Source: Stegostoma tigrinum (Eukaryota). Taken from it: a stretch of DNA of 64,000 nucleotides. Both the position numbers and the translations under genes were made by a program. This document shows positions 63,588 through 64,000 of this stretch, in pieces. Position 1 is the first letter of the stretch. Every line of letters begins with the position of its first letter. A model generated the notes under the pieces. That model did not search any database. It saw only the letters and a list, made by a program, of their open reading frames with translations, and was not told the origin of the DNA. The DNA lies in assembly GCF_030684315.1 (NCBI RefSeq), contig NC_081363.1:49170312-49234311 (forward strand). Direction: 5' to 3'.

Positions 63588-64000
63588 TGTTAGGCAATTT
63601 GAAATCTAAGGTGTGAGAGAACAAAAGTAGAGGGAGTTGTGATGGACTTTAGAAAAGCAACAAAGCATAGGTACAGAGTAGCTATGAATAGATAAAATAA
63701 ACAGATAAAATCAAATCAAGTCTTGGTTTAACAATTAAACTCATTGCTGTCTCATCCAGTCTGACTGGTTACACAACAGGTACTGCATTCCATGCCACAG
63801 AGTCCATCATAAATCACTAAAGACTGTTGGATAACTTGCAACAGTTGCTATCTTTTATAAACAACTCACTGACTAATTAGGAAAGATCTCTAAGTGTTAG
63901 CTTGTGACATTTCGCATAGCGAGAGGACCTGTACTGAGGACTCACCTACACACATTTTAACAACTAGCATGATGGGATAGAGAGCCACTTATCCACATTT

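Noticed and set aside
1-64000. CRISPR arrays, rRNA genes, prokaryotic operons
   Set aside because: None seen; the window is vertebrate repeat-rich DNA.

Overview
Eukaryotic, repeat-dominated, AT-rich window with no intact host protein-coding gene. The repeat content (HE1-type V-SINEs, a Deu-domain SINE, many CR1 LINEs, Penelope-like elements) points to a cartilaginous fish, probably a shark; this is inferred from recalled repeat families, not a search. It holds decayed CR1, L2, RTE and Gypsy fragments, tRNA-derived SINEs, a MITE, about ten Penelope-derived pieces (several are ~200-bp hairpins with hammerhead-ribozyme cores and 11-17 bp TSDs), and a short intronless HMGCL-like retrocopy abutting a CR1 3' end. 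The main observation is a near full-length, young Tx1-clade (L1-like) retrotransposon (46222-51554, minus strand) inserted exactly inside the hammerhead ribozyme of a Penelope element. Its 16-bp TSD is the 3' half of the ribozyme core, its 5' end starts 2 nt after the predicted cleavage site, and its first 42 nt are a diverged copy of the Penelope sequence that normally follows the cleavage site. This suggests a site-specific retrotransposon that targets and rebuilds another element's ribozyme to make its own 5' end. Coordinates of old repeats are approximate (tens of bp).
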